Positions 1-9,864 of a stretch of DNA of 64,000 bases are shown here, in pieces. Source of the stretch: Candidatus Heimdallarchaeum endolithica. Lineage in GTDB: Archaea; Asgardarchaeota; Heimdallarchaeia; Heimdallarchaeales; Heimdallarchaeaceae. The DNA lies in NCBI GenBank assembly GCA_021513715.1, contig CP084167.1:1408001-1472000 (forward strand), in the 5' to 3' direction. The notes under the pieces were generated by a model. The model saw nothing but the letters and a program-made list of their open reading frames with translations. It was not told where the DNA came from and ran no database searches. Numbering within the stretch: position 1 is the first letter of the stretch; each line of letters begins with the position of its first letter. A program made the position numbers and the translations under genes.

Positions 1-1
1 A

Positions 2-391
2 TTACTTGAAAAGATTAATAGAAAACCTGAAGATTATGATTATGTAACTTTTCATCAGCCAAACACTAAGTTTCCTTTAAGAGTAGCTAAAATGTTAGGT
101 TTTTCTAAAGAGCAAGTTGAAAAAAGTTTAGCATGTAAATATATAGGAAACACATATTCTGCTTCATCAATGATAGGTTTTGCTAAAATTTTAGACGATG
201 CACAGCCAGGTGACAGAGTTCTTGTAACTTCATATGGAAGTGGAGCAGGAAGTGATTCCTTTTCTTTTAGAATTACAGAAAATATAGAAAAGATAAGAGA
301 TAGATCTAAAACTGTTCAATATTATATCGAAAATAAAAGAAATATCAGCTATGGTCTCTATTCCCGATATAAAGGAATTTTAAAGGTGTAG
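2..391 (+). CDS. Hydroxymethylglutaryl-CoA synthase (archaeal type), 5'-truncated by the window
   Basis: The frame is open from base 2 (LLEKINRKPEDYDYVTFHQPNTKFP...). Motifs HQPN, IGNTYS and SYGSGAGSD are present, and the gene precedes thiolase and DUF35. Confidence 0.93.
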   Translation, partial: LLEKINRKPEDYDYVTFHQPNTKFPLRVAKMLGFSKEQVEKSLACKYIGNTYSASSMIGFAKILDDAQPGDRVLVTSYGSGAGSDSFSFRITENIEKIRDRSKTVQYYIENKRNISYGLYSRYKGILKV

Positions 392-393
392 TT

Positions 394-1566
394 ATGAGTA
401 ATGAAGTATACATAATTGGAACTGGACAAACAAAATTTGGTGAATTTTTTGATTTAAATATAGGTGATCTTGCTTCTGAAGCAGTTAGCAAAGCGATAAA
501 AAATGCGGGAATAGGAAAAAATGAGATACGAACACTATTTATCGGTTCAACAGTATCAAATTCTCTCTCTCAATCATCAATAGGTGGAATTTGTACTAGA
601 AGTTGCAGTTTATCTTCTAATGCATATAGAATTGAATCAGGAAATGCTAGCGGTGCAGCTGCATTTCATCACGCTTTTTTAAGCATAAAGAGTGGGTTAT
701 ATGACGTTGTTGTTGTATTAGGTATAGACAAATTATCAGATTACGTACAGAACGGAACAATTGAAAAAATTTTAGCCTCATCTATTGATTACCAGTGGGA
801 ATACGAAATGGGAGCTACTCTCACTGGATTATACTCCTTTCTAACTCAAGCTCATATGGAAAAATATGGAACAACGTTAGAACAACTAGCTTATATTCCA
901 ACAAAAAACCATCAAAATGGCGTTTTAAACCCGAAAGCTCAATATAGGTATGCTATCCCAATAGAAAAATTTCTTAATGCAAAGAGAATTGCTGACCCTA
1001 TTGGTCGATTTGATATAGCAACTCCATGTGATGGTGCAGCAGCGATAATATTAGCTTCTGAAAGATATATTGAAAACAAAAAAACCCATTCTTATAAAGT
1101 TAAAATTCTCTCTTCATCTGTTGGATCAGATACTCTAGCTTTACAACACAGAGAAAAGCTAACAGAATTAAAAGCAACTAAAATCGCAGCAAATGATGCC
1201 TATCACAAAGCAAAACTTACAGCTAGTGACATTAATTTGGCAGAAGTGCATGATTCACATCCAATTGGAGAAATATTAGCAATAGAAGATCTTGGGCTAG
1301 TACCAAAAGGAGAGGGAGGAAAAGCAAGTGTAGAAGGGTTAACTGCTTTGAATGGGAAAATAACTGTTAATCCAAGTGGAGGATTAAAAGCTAGAGGAGA
1401 TCCCTTTGGAGCGACAGGAATAGCACAATTGATAGAAATCGTTGAACAGATAAGAGGAAATGCTGGAAAAAGGCAAGTCAATGATGTACAATATGGGTTA
1501 ACTCAAAATGTTATGGGAACAGGAGTCATGTCCTACGTTTCTATTCTAGGAAGAGGTGAAAATTAA
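394..1566 (+). CDS. Thiolase-fold protein (SCP2/archaeal acetoacetyl-CoA thiolase type) with substituted catalytic residues
   Basis: Motifs G.TKFG, DGAAA, E.HD, VNPSGGLKA.G.P.GATG. The catalytic CxS, HDCF and GHP motifs read NAS, HDSH and GDP. Confidence 0.9.
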   Translation: MSNEVYIIGTGQTKFGEFFDLNIGDLASEAVSKAIKNAGIGKNEIRTLFIGSTVSNSLSQSSIGGICTRSCSLSSNAYRIESGNASGAAAFHHAFLSIKSGLYDVVVVLGIDKLSDYVQNGTIEKILASSIDYQWEYEMGATLTGLYSFLTQAHMEKYGTTLEQLAYIPTKNHQNGVLNPKAQYRYAIPIEKFLNAKRIADPIGRFDIATPCDGAAAIILASERYIENKKTHSYKVKILSSSVGSDTLALQHREKLTELKATKIAANDAYHKAKLTASDINLAEVHDSHPIGEILAIEDLGLVPKGEGGKASVEGLTALNGKITVNPSGGLKARGDPFGATGIAQLIEIVEQIRGNAGKRQVNDVQYGLTQNVMGTGVMSYVSILGRGEN

Positions 1567-1955
1567 TGGAACCACCAAAAATTTGGAGAGAACGTAAAGA
1601 AAGATATTTAGGCATAGGAATTATGTGTGAAGATTGCAAAAAGAAGAATTTCCCAAAGACAAGAATATGCCCTGATTGTGGAAGTGAAAACGTAAAGCCC
1701 TATAAAATAGCAGAGAGAGGTACTTTAAAGTATTTCACGCAAATCATGAATACAGGAGATGAACTTGTCTTCAACACCCCATATGTTGTAGGTTTAGTAG
1801 AACTAGAAGATGGTATTAAGGTTACAGCACAGATTGTCGATTGTGATTTCAAAGATCTAAAAAAAGGAATTAAATTAGAACAAACATTTCGTGTAATAGC
1901 AAGAAATGGAAAAGAAGGATTAATCAAATATGGTTTCAAGTTTAGACCTATCTAA
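1566..1955 (+). CDS. DUF35 Zn-ribbon/OB-fold protein (thiolase/HMGS scaffold subunit)
   Basis: CxxC...FP...CPxC followed by PY.VGLVEL..G..V.AQ and YG.KF.P; coupled to the thiolase stop codon. Confidence 0.93.
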   Translation: MEPPKIWRERKERYLGIGIMCEDCKKKNFPKTRICPDCGSENVKPYKIAERGTLKYFTQIMNTGDELVFNTPYVVGLVELEDGIKVTAQIVDCDFKDLKKGIKLEQTFRVIARNGKEGLIKYGFKFRPI

Positions 1956-1965
1956 ACTTTTTTTT

Positions 1966-3315
1966 TCATAGATCTAAATGTATAAACGAATGAATCTTTA
2001 GTTTTTTTTCTTTTAACTTCTCAATTGCTTGATTGTAATCATGTTTATAAGTATGAATATCCCCGGCATGAAAGCCATGTATTCCCCCTTGAATTAAATC
2101 ATGAACAACGAGAAAACCTACTCCACACCCACCTTTTTCTTTAGGACAGTAAAATGCAGAAGAATTTTCAAATGAAAGTTCAATAGATATCTTTAGATTT
2201 TTAACAATTGTATTAGGTATAGAATTTTCTACTTTATCAAAACCACAGAATGGACACCTAGAAGAATAAAATTGGCTCAATATTTCTTTACTTTTATTAT
2301 ATATTGACTCAAAGAAGTATCCTGAAGATAGGAACATAAGATTTTGCTCATCAAATTTCTTAATTTCAGGAAGCTTATGTACAGAAAAAAGCTCTTCAAT
2401 TGTAGCTATTTCAAACAAATTTTTGAATCCTTCAACTGTAGTCTTGATTACACCAATTTCAGAAAAGTTGTCTTTAATTGAAGAGGGCTTTAAATAGGGC
2501 TCTACTTCAGTAGATGAAATGTTGAAAACAACAAAATCTGTATTTTCTGGAAAAGTGGTAGTCTTAGGTCCATAGTGATGAATCAAGAAATCCATTAATA
2601 TTGGTTTTACTTCATTATCATGTGTATCAACTAAAAAAATAAACATTAAATCTCTATCACGAAATTGAATTACTAAAGGAGGAAGAGAAGATTTATCTAA
2701 ATGTAAAGTTTTCATTATTCCTAATCTTCGTTTTGAAAGAATATTTTCAATAGATCTTACTGTTAGTAAAGTAGATTCAGAAACACTATAAGGAACAGGT
2801 TTGGAAACAGTTATTCCCTGATCTGTCAAAGATTGTTCAAAATCATCTCCCCAATTTTCTTTCATCCATTGCCATGGAATAAAAACAACATTCTTTCGCT
2901 TATACCAAGTTTTAGATATTCTTGTTTCTCCATCGTAGTAATAGAATAATGGGTGATTTTTTGATGATTTTTCATTAATTATAACAGGTACAGCGACCAT
3001 ATCAGAGTATTTAGAACAATTTTCATGATCGATACCTAAACTCAAAGCACGAATACAACTTAGTAACTTCAAAGCTGGTTCTTGAAGTTTCATTTCTACT
3101 TCATCTTCAGTTCCTTGAAAAGGGTCCTCTGTTTCTCCACTTTTTGCTTTAATACAAAGAAGAAGATTACCCTTGTGTGCACAAAGTACAACTCTTTTAT
3201 AGCTTTGATAATAGTCTACATCTTTTGTATAGATTGTACAAATTTCAGTTCTAAACCCATGATCATTAAGGAAGGCTTCAATTAATTTCATGAAATTTGT
3301 TTTAAATATCGACAT
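1966..3315 (-). CDS. Hypothetical protein; possible degenerate PD-(D/E)xK-like N-terminus and a C-terminal Zn finger
   Basis: 449-aa ORF with 'EAFLNDHGF...VVLCAHKGNLLLCIKAKS' and CPFC...CPKEKGGC. Confidence 0.6.
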   Translation of the reverse strand: MSIFKTNFMKLIEAFLNDHGFRTEICTIYTKDVDYYQSYKRVVLCAHKGNLLLCIKAKSGETEDPFQGTEDEVEMKLQEPALKLLSCIRALSLGIDHENCSKYSDMVAVPVIINEKSSKNHPLFYYYDGETRISKTWYKRKNVVFIPWQWMKENWGDDFEQSLTDQGITVSKPVPYSVSESTLLTVRSIENILSKRRLGIMKTLHLDKSSLPPLVIQFRDRDLMFIFLVDTHDNEVKPILMDFLIHHYGPKTTTFPENTDFVVFNISSTEVEPYLKPSSIKDNFSEIGVIKTTVEGFKNLFEIATIEELFSVHKLPEIKKFDEQNLMFLSSGYFFESIYNKSKEILSQFYSSRCPFCGFDKVENSIPNTIVKNLKISIELSFENSSAFYCPKEKGGCGVGFLVVHDLIQGGIHGFHAGDIHTYKHDYNQAIEKLKEKKLKIHSFIHLDL

Positions 3316-3568
3316 TATCTTATTTGGGTGACAATCCTATAAAAGGATAATGGATTCTAATGTGTTACTTTTCTCATTTACCTGTAGTAAATTATCATTT
3401 TGTTAAAAATTAAACCTTTTAATATCAAAAACAAACATATATTCTTTTATTTATTTACCATTACCACTTTTCATCAGACACAATGCATTTATAATTTTTC
3501 ACAATTACATTTACAAAAAAAATATATAAAAGAATATAAAAGGGTCTTTTTGTTTCAAATCGAAGAAA

Positions 3569-4447
3569 ATGAGTATCAAATTATTAACTGATTCAACAAC
3601 GTCTATCCCAAAAAGTTACTTAGATGAAAATGGAATAGCATTGTTAGAGCTATTAATTGAAATAGATGGTGAGCTAAAAAAAGAAATTTCTGACGTTAAC
3701 ATTGACCAATTTATCGAGCAAATAGACAATGAAGAAAAACCTTACACCACTAGTATGAGTTCCCCACAACATGTTATTGAAACTTTTAATTCAATAATTG
3801 AAGAGGGTTACTCTACTATCCTATATCCTTATATGACTTCTCAAACATCAAGCCAGATTAATGCAGTAAACATAGCTAAAAAGCGTATCAACGGAAAATT
3901 AGATATAAAATATTACAATACTCAGTTAGCTGGCCCTGCTGTAGCTCCTTTCATCCTTTATGGTGATAAGATGCTTAAAGAAGAATTAAGTATTGAAGAA
4001 ATTACCACTGTTTTTGATAGATTAAAAGAACAAATCTATACTTTAGGTTTTTCTGAAAATTTTAATGCTTTGTTTAGAACAGGAAAGGTCAAAAAAAATC
4101 TAAAAATGCAAGTTGTCTCAAACATGCTAAATATCAAACCTTTGTTCCAGATTTGTGTTGGAAAAGGAGTAGAAGGATTTGGTGGAGGAATGGGGTTCAA
4201 TGGTGCTGTAAAAAAAATTAAGGAAAAAATAATCAATGACACCGATAAAAACACAATTTACAACCTAATTTTAACCCATTCACATGCAGAAAAGAATCTT
4301 AAAGTTCTTGAAAATGAAATAAAGAATATTAGAAATATTAGAAAAGTAAATTATTTTACAATTCCTCCAGTAATTGTTAATACAGTGGGTAAAGGAGCAA
4401 TAATAGCCACCTTATACCCAATTTATGAAACTTTTGTTAAAAAGTAG
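3569..4447 (+). CDS. DegV family fatty-acid-binding protein
   Basis: IKLLTDST start, TTS.S.P, L.RTG+V, LNIKP and PPVI...VG.GA. Confidence 0.85.
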   Translation: MSIKLLTDSTTSIPKSYLDENGIALLELLIEIDGELKKEISDVNIDQFIEQIDNEEKPYTTSMSSPQHVIETFNSIIEEGYSTILYPYMTSQTSSQINAVNIAKKRINGKLDIKYYNTQLAGPAVAPFILYGDKMLKEELSIEEITTVFDRLKEQIYTLGFSENFNALFRTGKVKKNLKMQVVSNMLNIKPLFQICVGKGVEGFGGGMGFNGAVKKIKEKIINDTDKNTIYNLILTHSHAEKNLKVLENEIKNIRNIRKVNYFTIPPVIVNTVGKGAIIATLYPIYETFVKK

Positions 4448-4475
4448 ATTTTCTTTTATTTTGGGTGAAAAACAG

Positions 4476-5345
4476 ATGAAAAAGAAAAGAAAAACTAAAT
4501 TTGATTTACTAGGCATTTCAGAGTTTGAAAAAATTAGCGAGGAAATTTTTGTTGAAATGTCTGATCATTCAAAACTCAGAATCCTACATGTTTCAAGTGA
4601 AAAAGAATCTGCTTATACTATCTTAGTTATTGCAGGTTGGGCATCTATTCCCCTAGGTTGGAATGACTTTCTACTGGAAGCGAGGAATAATTTTGAAATT
4701 TTCTATTTAGAAACAAGAGAAAAGAAATCTAGCATCCTTCAACAAGATTCAATAAATAATATAGAGAGAATGGCATTAGATATTTGTGAAACTGTAGAAA
4801 AACTTAATTTAAAACAGGAGAGACTAATATTATTAAGTTCATCTTTTGGAACAATTTTAACAGCTCATGCTTTGTCTTATAATAGAATTAAACCTTTTCA
4901 TACTATTTTAATTGGCCCAATTGCAAAAGTAGAAATGCCTCCTTTGATTGGATATCTTATAAAAGTTCTTCCAATTCCTATCTTACGCTTATATAAACCA
5001 TTTGGCAAATTATGGGTAAAGCTGTTTAAGAGTGAATCAGAAGAACAAGCAGCTAAATATCTCCGTGTATTAAAAGAAGCTGATGAAGTTAAGTGGAAGA
5101 ACATTGGAAAAGTAATAGCACAAAAAGAATATTGGGAAACTTACGAAAAAATAAACCAATATCCTATACTAATAATTGACGAAAGCAAGGATAAAATGCA
5201 TGACACTAAAGTTACTAGAAAAATTAACTCTTTGATTAAAAGTTCTAAGTATGTTGACCTTCATACAAATTATTTTACCCATTCTGCAGATATGGCTCAT
5301 TTTCTACTTGAGTTCATAAAAAACCCAGAAATAGGACAAATGTGA
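4476..5345 (+). CDS. Alpha/beta hydrolase fold protein
   Basis: IAGW oxyanion-like segment, nucleophile-elbow-like LSSSFG, D..D.M and a C-terminal His (YFTH). Start placed at the internal ATG to avoid a long overlap with DegV. Confidence 0.7.
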   Translation: MKKKRKTKFDLLGISEFEKISEEIFVEMSDHSKLRILHVSSEKESAYTILVIAGWASIPLGWNDFLLEARNNFEIFYLETREKKSSILQQDSINNIERMALDICETVEKLNLKQERLILLSSSFGTILTAHALSYNRIKPFHTILIGPIAKVEMPPLIGYLIKVLPIPILRLYKPFGKLWVKLFKSESEEQAAKYLRVLKEADEVKWKNIGKVIAQKEYWETYEKINQYPILIIDESKDKMHDTKVTRKINSLIKSSKYVDLHTNYFTHSADMAHFLLEFIKNPEIGQM

Positions 5346-5450
5346 TTTTGTCGGAACACCAACCTATATTTTTTCTTGTTTTTCAATTTTCATCAATATG
5401 GAAATGCTTATATCTAAATCTATTAGAAGAAACTTAAAGGTGAATAATCT

Positions 5451-5846
5451 ATGCCCTATCAATGGTTGAAAAGAAGCCGCAGAAAATTGTCAGGTGGATT
5501 AATAAAGAAATCAGCATCAAAGAAAAAACGAGATATGGGTCGATATCCAGCTGAAACACAAATAGGTAAAAGAAAGCTTAAGATTATTAGAACAAGAGGA
5601 GGAAACGTTAAACAACGCCTATTACGTGATAGTTACGCAAATATTTTCGATCCAGAAGAAAAAATATCAAAAAAAGTTAAAATCACTAACGTTTTAGAAA
5701 ATAGAGCAAACAGAGAGTATGCAAGAAGAAGAATCATCACAAAAGGTTGTATCATCGAAACTGAAATAGGAAACGCTAAGGTTACAAGCAGACCTGGACA
5801 AGATGGACAGATCAATGCTGTTTTAATTGAAAAGAAAGCAGATTAG
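5451..5846 (+). CDS. rps8e: 30S ribosomal protein S8e
   Basis: [37 protein letters not shown]. Confidence 0.98.
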   Translation: MPYQWLKRSRRKLSGGLIKKSASKKKRDMGRYPAETQIGKRKLKIIRTRGGNVKQRLLRDSYANIFDPEEKISKKVKITNVLENRANREYARRRIITKGCIIETEIGNAKVTSRPGQDGQINAVLIEKKAD

Positions 5847-5918
5847 CTTTCAACCATTTTAATTTATTTATTTTTCTAAAAACAAACTATATATTTTTAC
5901 TAAAAATAAACTTTACAA

Positions 5919-6200
5919 TTAGAATCTCTTTTTCTTTTGTTTTCTTCTTTTTTTAGGTTGAAGAGAATATAAAATTGTTTCAGAAGATAAATATTCTTGT
6001 GCACCTTCTTTTAATTTTACACTCACATAAGGAGATCTTACAGGTCCAAAAATATCATTTACAACCCCTATATGTACCATTTTCTCTGTCACTACAGCAC
6101 TACCTATTTTTGGAAGTTTATCAGGAGATTTAATTATTAAATTCCCAAGATCACTAATGTGAAGATAATTTCCTAATTTCTTTATTGGGGGTGTATTCAT
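5919..6200 (-). CDS. gar1: H/ACA RNP subunit Gar1/Naf1
   Basis: IG.V.DIFGPV..PYVSVK motif; next to srp19 and rps8e. Confidence 0.92.
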   Translation of the reverse strand: MNTPPIKKLGNYLHISDLGNLIIKSPDKLPKIGSAVVTEKMVHIGVVNDIFGPVRSPYVSVKLKEGAQEYLSSETILYSLQPKKRRKQKKKRF

Positions 6201-6207
6201 GTACTAA

Positions 6208-6537
6208 TCACTTTTTTTTCTTTGTTTTTCCACTTTGTTGTGTCTTTTTCTTTAGTTTCCTTGCTATATTTGCAACATCATTAATTAACACTGATTTGTT
6301 TTTTGCAGATTCAGGATTTATTAAGATTCTTCCTTCACTATTCCACCAGTTCTTAGAATATTTTTTCTCTTTTTCTACAACATAATCATAATTAAGATGT
6401 TTACAAGCGAAAACAAGCTTTGCGAGAGAACAATCGTCTACAGCTTTGTTTTTTGGAACTTTTCTTCCTTGATTCCGCGTAAGTTTCTTATCGAAATATT
6501 CAGGATATAGAACGAAATACCTCTTTTTACGAAGCAT
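6208..6537 (-). CDS. srp19: Signal recognition particle 19 kDa protein
   Basis: LYPEYFD...TR.QGRKVPK..AV and K.Y...WW...GR. Confidence 0.95.
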   Translation of the reverse strand: MLRKKRYFVLYPEYFDKKLTRNQGRKVPKNKAVDDCSLAKLVFACKHLNYDYVVEKEKKYSKNWWNSEGRILINPESAKNKSVLINDVANIARKLKKKTQQSGKTKKKK

Positions 6538-6658
6538 GATAAATGTTTTGAAACTTTGCTAATAATCTTTTGGGTGCTGAACATTGCCTTAATTACTTAA
6601 AAAATGCTTTAAAAAAGACAGTTCGATTAAGAAAGAAGAGAATAACATAGTTGAATAA

Positions 6659-7126
6659 TTATTTGATAAATTGTATTTCTTCTTCGATATAGTCAAATTC
6701 CTCAAATTTAAACTTCATTTTTTCTTGTTCTTCATGGTTTATATCTTCAGAATAAATTAGCCATTCATTAAAAGCTTTGCACAATATTGGATTGACTGGA
6801 TTATTAACATTACATTCGTGAATACGTTCACATGTAAAGCATCTACATACCATTGTATCCCATCCTGTCTCTTCCTTACGAGGAATTGTGAGCATATAAT
6901 CTTTAACATTTCCTATTTCAACTGGAATTTTTAGGATTTTATTGTTATAAAGTAGTTCGTCAATTTTTAATTTGATTGTTAAATGATTACCCAGTAAATC
7001 AAGTACTTCACTATGTAGTAACTTTTTCTCTTTGGTCAGTTCAATAAGTTCAATAATTTCTTCACCCAAAGCATTACTATAACTTTGCTCCACTTTAATT
7101 CTTTGTTTAGGAATCATAATTCTCAC
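6659..7126 (-). CDS. TFE-beta / RNA polymerase III RPC34(C39)-like protein: winged helix plus 4Cys Fe-S domain, acidic tail
   Basis: CFTC-x5-C...NPILC..FNEWL matches the RPC39/TFE-beta C-terminal Fe-S motif (C..C.....C......P..C.....WL); lies in the srp19/gar1 neighbourhood. Confidence 0.75.
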   Translation of the reverse strand: MRIMIPKQRIKVEQSYSNALGEEIIELIELTKEKKLLHSEVLDLLGNHLTIKLKIDELLYNNKILKIPVEIGNVKDYMLTIPRKEETGWDTMVCRCFTCERIHECNVNNPVNPILCKAFNEWLIYSEDINHEEQEKMKFKFEEFDYIEEEIQFIK

Positions 7127-7377
7127 TCACAACGTTTTATTTTACATTTTAAGGACTATACGGTCACATAACTACGTTATCTCTTCAAAACTTACTATGT
7201 AATTTAGTATATTTAAATCTTCATACTGTTTCAAAACACGTATGTGCCAATTATACACACTATAGGACTAGACTGTTTAAAAAACTATTTAGACACATTA
7301 ATAATAAAAACAGTCTACTCAAATTTATTACTTGAAGCAAAATTTATCACTTACTAATTTAACTACAAAAAAAGAAA

Positions 7378-7971
7378 GTGACCAATATGTCTCACGATTC
7401 AGATTACTTTTACGATAAAGCAAAAAAACAAGGTTACCGCTCTCGAGCATCTTACAAACTTTTACAAATACATGAAAAATTTCATATTTTTAAAAAAAAT
7501 CAGGAAGTTGTTGATCTTGGTGCTTCTCCTGGTGGATGGACACAAGTTGCATCTGAAAAAGTAGGTAATAATGGTCTAGTTATTGCAATAGATAAAGCAT
7601 ATATTCCTCCTTTAAATCTAAAAAATGTTGATATCTTACAAATGGACATAATGAATGAAACAATTAGCGAATATCTGAAAGAGAGATATGGTTTAATAGA
7701 TGTATTATTAAGTGATTGCGCCCCTAATGTAAGTGGAAAATGGTCACTTGACCACTCAATTCAAATCATGCTTGCAGAAAGAGCAATAAAGATAGCTGAA
7801 GACATTTTAAAAGATGAAGGGTGGATTGTAGTAAAAGTTTTTCAAGGAGAACAGTTTGCCAATTTCGTATCTTATGCTAAAAAGGTCTTCACTACAGTAA
7901 AATTATTTAAACCACAAGCTTCAAGAAAGAGAAGTGCAGAAATTTATCTAATTGCGAATAATAAAAGCTAA
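7378..7971 (+). CDS. rlmE: 23S rRNA Um2552 2'-O-methyltransferase (RlmE/FtsJ)
   Basis: YRSRASYKL, VDLGASPGGW, LSDCAP, K.FQG and KP.ASR..S.EIY. Confidence 0.96.
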   Translation: MTNMSHDSDYFYDKAKKQGYRSRASYKLLQIHEKFHIFKKNQEVVDLGASPGGWTQVASEKVGNNGLVIAIDKAYIPPLNLKNVDILQMDIMNETISEYLKERYGLIDVLLSDCAPNVSGKWSLDHSIQIMLAERAIKIAEDILKDEGWIVVKVFQGEQFANFVSYAKKVFTTVKLFKPQASRKRSAEIYLIANNKS

Positions 7972-7991
7972 AAACAAAGAGAGATTTCGAT

Positions 7992-9173
7992 ATGAACAAA
8001 CAAAGACTGGTTGAAATTAACGAAGGAAAAACATCTTTTACACTAGAAAGAGATTCTGAAACGATCTATGATTCCTCAGTATTTTACAACCCTAAAATGT
8101 CTATCAATAGAGATTTAGCTCTTTTGCATCTTTATACTATTGGAAATATTTCCAAAAAAAGATTAACTATACTTGACCCTTTTACAGGTTCTGGGATTAG
8201 AAGTTTTAGGATAATTAATGAACTTCCTAAAGAATATGTTAAAAAAGTAATAATTTCAGATATAAGTGAAAGAGCAATTGAAAACGTGAAATTAAATATC
8301 GAGAAATCATTCAATGATGAAAGAATTGTTGTTCATCGTGAAAATGCTTTTAATATTATCGCAAAACAGATTTTCGATAAGGAAAATATTGATGTTATAG
8401 ACCTTGACCCTTTTGGGACTCCTATTTCTTTTATCGAAGTAGCTGTAAGAGCTTTAGTAAAAAATAGTGGATATTTGTTCTTGACAGCAACAGACCATCA
8501 AGTTTTATGTGGTAAAGAAAGAGCTGCTTGTTTAAGAGAGTATAACAGCAATACATCAAACAATTATTTGTGCCATGAAATTGCTTTAAGAATCTTGTTA
8601 TATAATATTTTAGTAAGTTCAGGTCGTATAGGTGTAAACATTAAGCCGATATTATCGTTACAATTTGAACACTTCTTCAGAATTCATGTAAGAATTGAAA
8701 AAGGGAAAAAGAAAGCGAACGAACAACATAAGAAATTGGGCTTTGTATATGTTTGCGCACCATGTAGTTTTTTTGAAATAGAAAGAATAGAAGAGAGCAA
8801 AAATTTAGAAAAATGCCCAATATGTAATAAAAGATTAGAAAAAACAGGTCCTCTATGGTTGGGTCCTTTAGGAAATAAGGAGAAAATAGAACTTCTTCTC
8901 AACTTTTTAGATAAAATTGAATTTGATCACAACAATAAAAAGAAGATTCATTCGATGCTATCTATATTCAAAGAAGAGATTTGTCTTTCACCAATGTTCT
9001 ACAATTTACCTTATTTATTCAAAAAATATAAGAAAAATGGTGTTTCTCCCAAAGACATGATAGATAGGTTAGAAAAAAGGGGATATTTTTCTACTAGAAC
9101 AATCTTTGACCCTCAATCAATAAGAACAGATGCTCCATATTATGTTGTGCATAATGAAATAAAGAAATTATAA
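7992..9173 (+). CDS. trm1: tRNA (guanine-26-N2)-dimethyltransferase
   Basis: VFYNP.M..NRD, GSGIRSFR, IDLDPFGTP, LTATD, HE..LR, a CxxC..CxxC Zn finger, GPLW.G and RTDAP. Confidence 0.96.
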   Translation: MNKQRLVEINEGKTSFTLERDSETIYDSSVFYNPKMSINRDLALLHLYTIGNISKKRLTILDPFTGSGIRSFRIINELPKEYVKKVIISDISERAIENVKLNIEKSFNDERIVVHRENAFNIIAKQIFDKENIDVIDLDPFGTPISFIEVAVRALVKNSGYLFLTATDHQVLCGKERAACLREYNSNTSNNYLCHEIALRILLYNILVSSGRIGVNIKPILSLQFEHFFRIHVRIEKGKKKANEQHKKLGFVYVCAPCSFFEIERIEESKNLEKCPICNKRLEKTGPLWLGPLGNKEKIELLLNFLDKIEFDHNNKKKIHSMLSIFKEEICLSPMFYNLPYLFKKYKKNGVSPKDMIDRLEKRGYFSTRTIFDPQSIRTDAPYYVVHNEIKKL

Positions 9174-9175
9174 GG

Positions 9176-9853
9176 GTGATATTAATTCAAGAAATAATAA
9201 TAGGAATAGATGAAGCTGGAAGAGGACCGGTACTTGGACCTTTAGTCATTTGTGCATATGCAATTGAGAAAAAAGATTTACATCAATTGAAACTTTTAGG
9301 TGCGAAAGATTCAAAGATGTTATCAAAAAATAAAAGAACAGAACTATATCAGAAATTAATTGATATAGCTGTTAATTATAAAACGATCCACTTGTCTGCA
9401 TCAGAAATTGATGAAATGAGAAAAAAAGCAAGCTTAAATGATATTGAACAGAAAATTATGATAAAAGCTGTATTAGAATTAAAAGTAAATCCTTCAGAAA
9501 TATACATTGATGCAGCAGATGTTAAAGAAGAAAGATTTGGTCTTCTATTTCAGAGTTATTTTCCAAAAGCAAAAATAGTTTCAAGACATGGAGCAGACAA
9601 AACTTTTCCTGTTGTTTCTGCTGCATCCATCATAGCAAAAGTAGAACGAGATAGAGAAATAGAGAAAATAAAAGAAAAAACAGGAATTAATATTGGTTCT
9701 GGCTATCCTTCAGATCCTAAAACAAAGAAATTTTTAAATGAATATTATATAAAGCATAAAAAATTCCCCTATTTTGCTAGGGAATCATGGGATACATGCA
9801 AAAAAATAAAAGAAAAAGGTGTACAACAAGCTAAAATAAACGAATATTTCTAG
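9176..9853 (+). CDS. rnhB: Ribonuclease HII
   Basis: GIDEAGRGPVLGP, KDSK, VSAASIIAK, GSGYPSDP and a C-terminal PIP box (QAKINEYF). Confidence 0.97.
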   Translation: MILIQEIIIGIDEAGRGPVLGPLVICAYAIEKKDLHQLKLLGAKDSKMLSKNKRTELYQKLIDIAVNYKTIHLSASEIDEMRKKASLNDIEQKIMIKAVLELKVNPSEIYIDAADVKEERFGLLFQSYFPKAKIVSRHGADKTFPVVSAASIIAKVERDREIEKIKEKTGINIGSGYPSDPKTKKFLNEYYIKHKKFPYFARESWDTCKKIKEKGVQQAKINEYF

Positions 9854-9864
9854 AGATGTAATGA

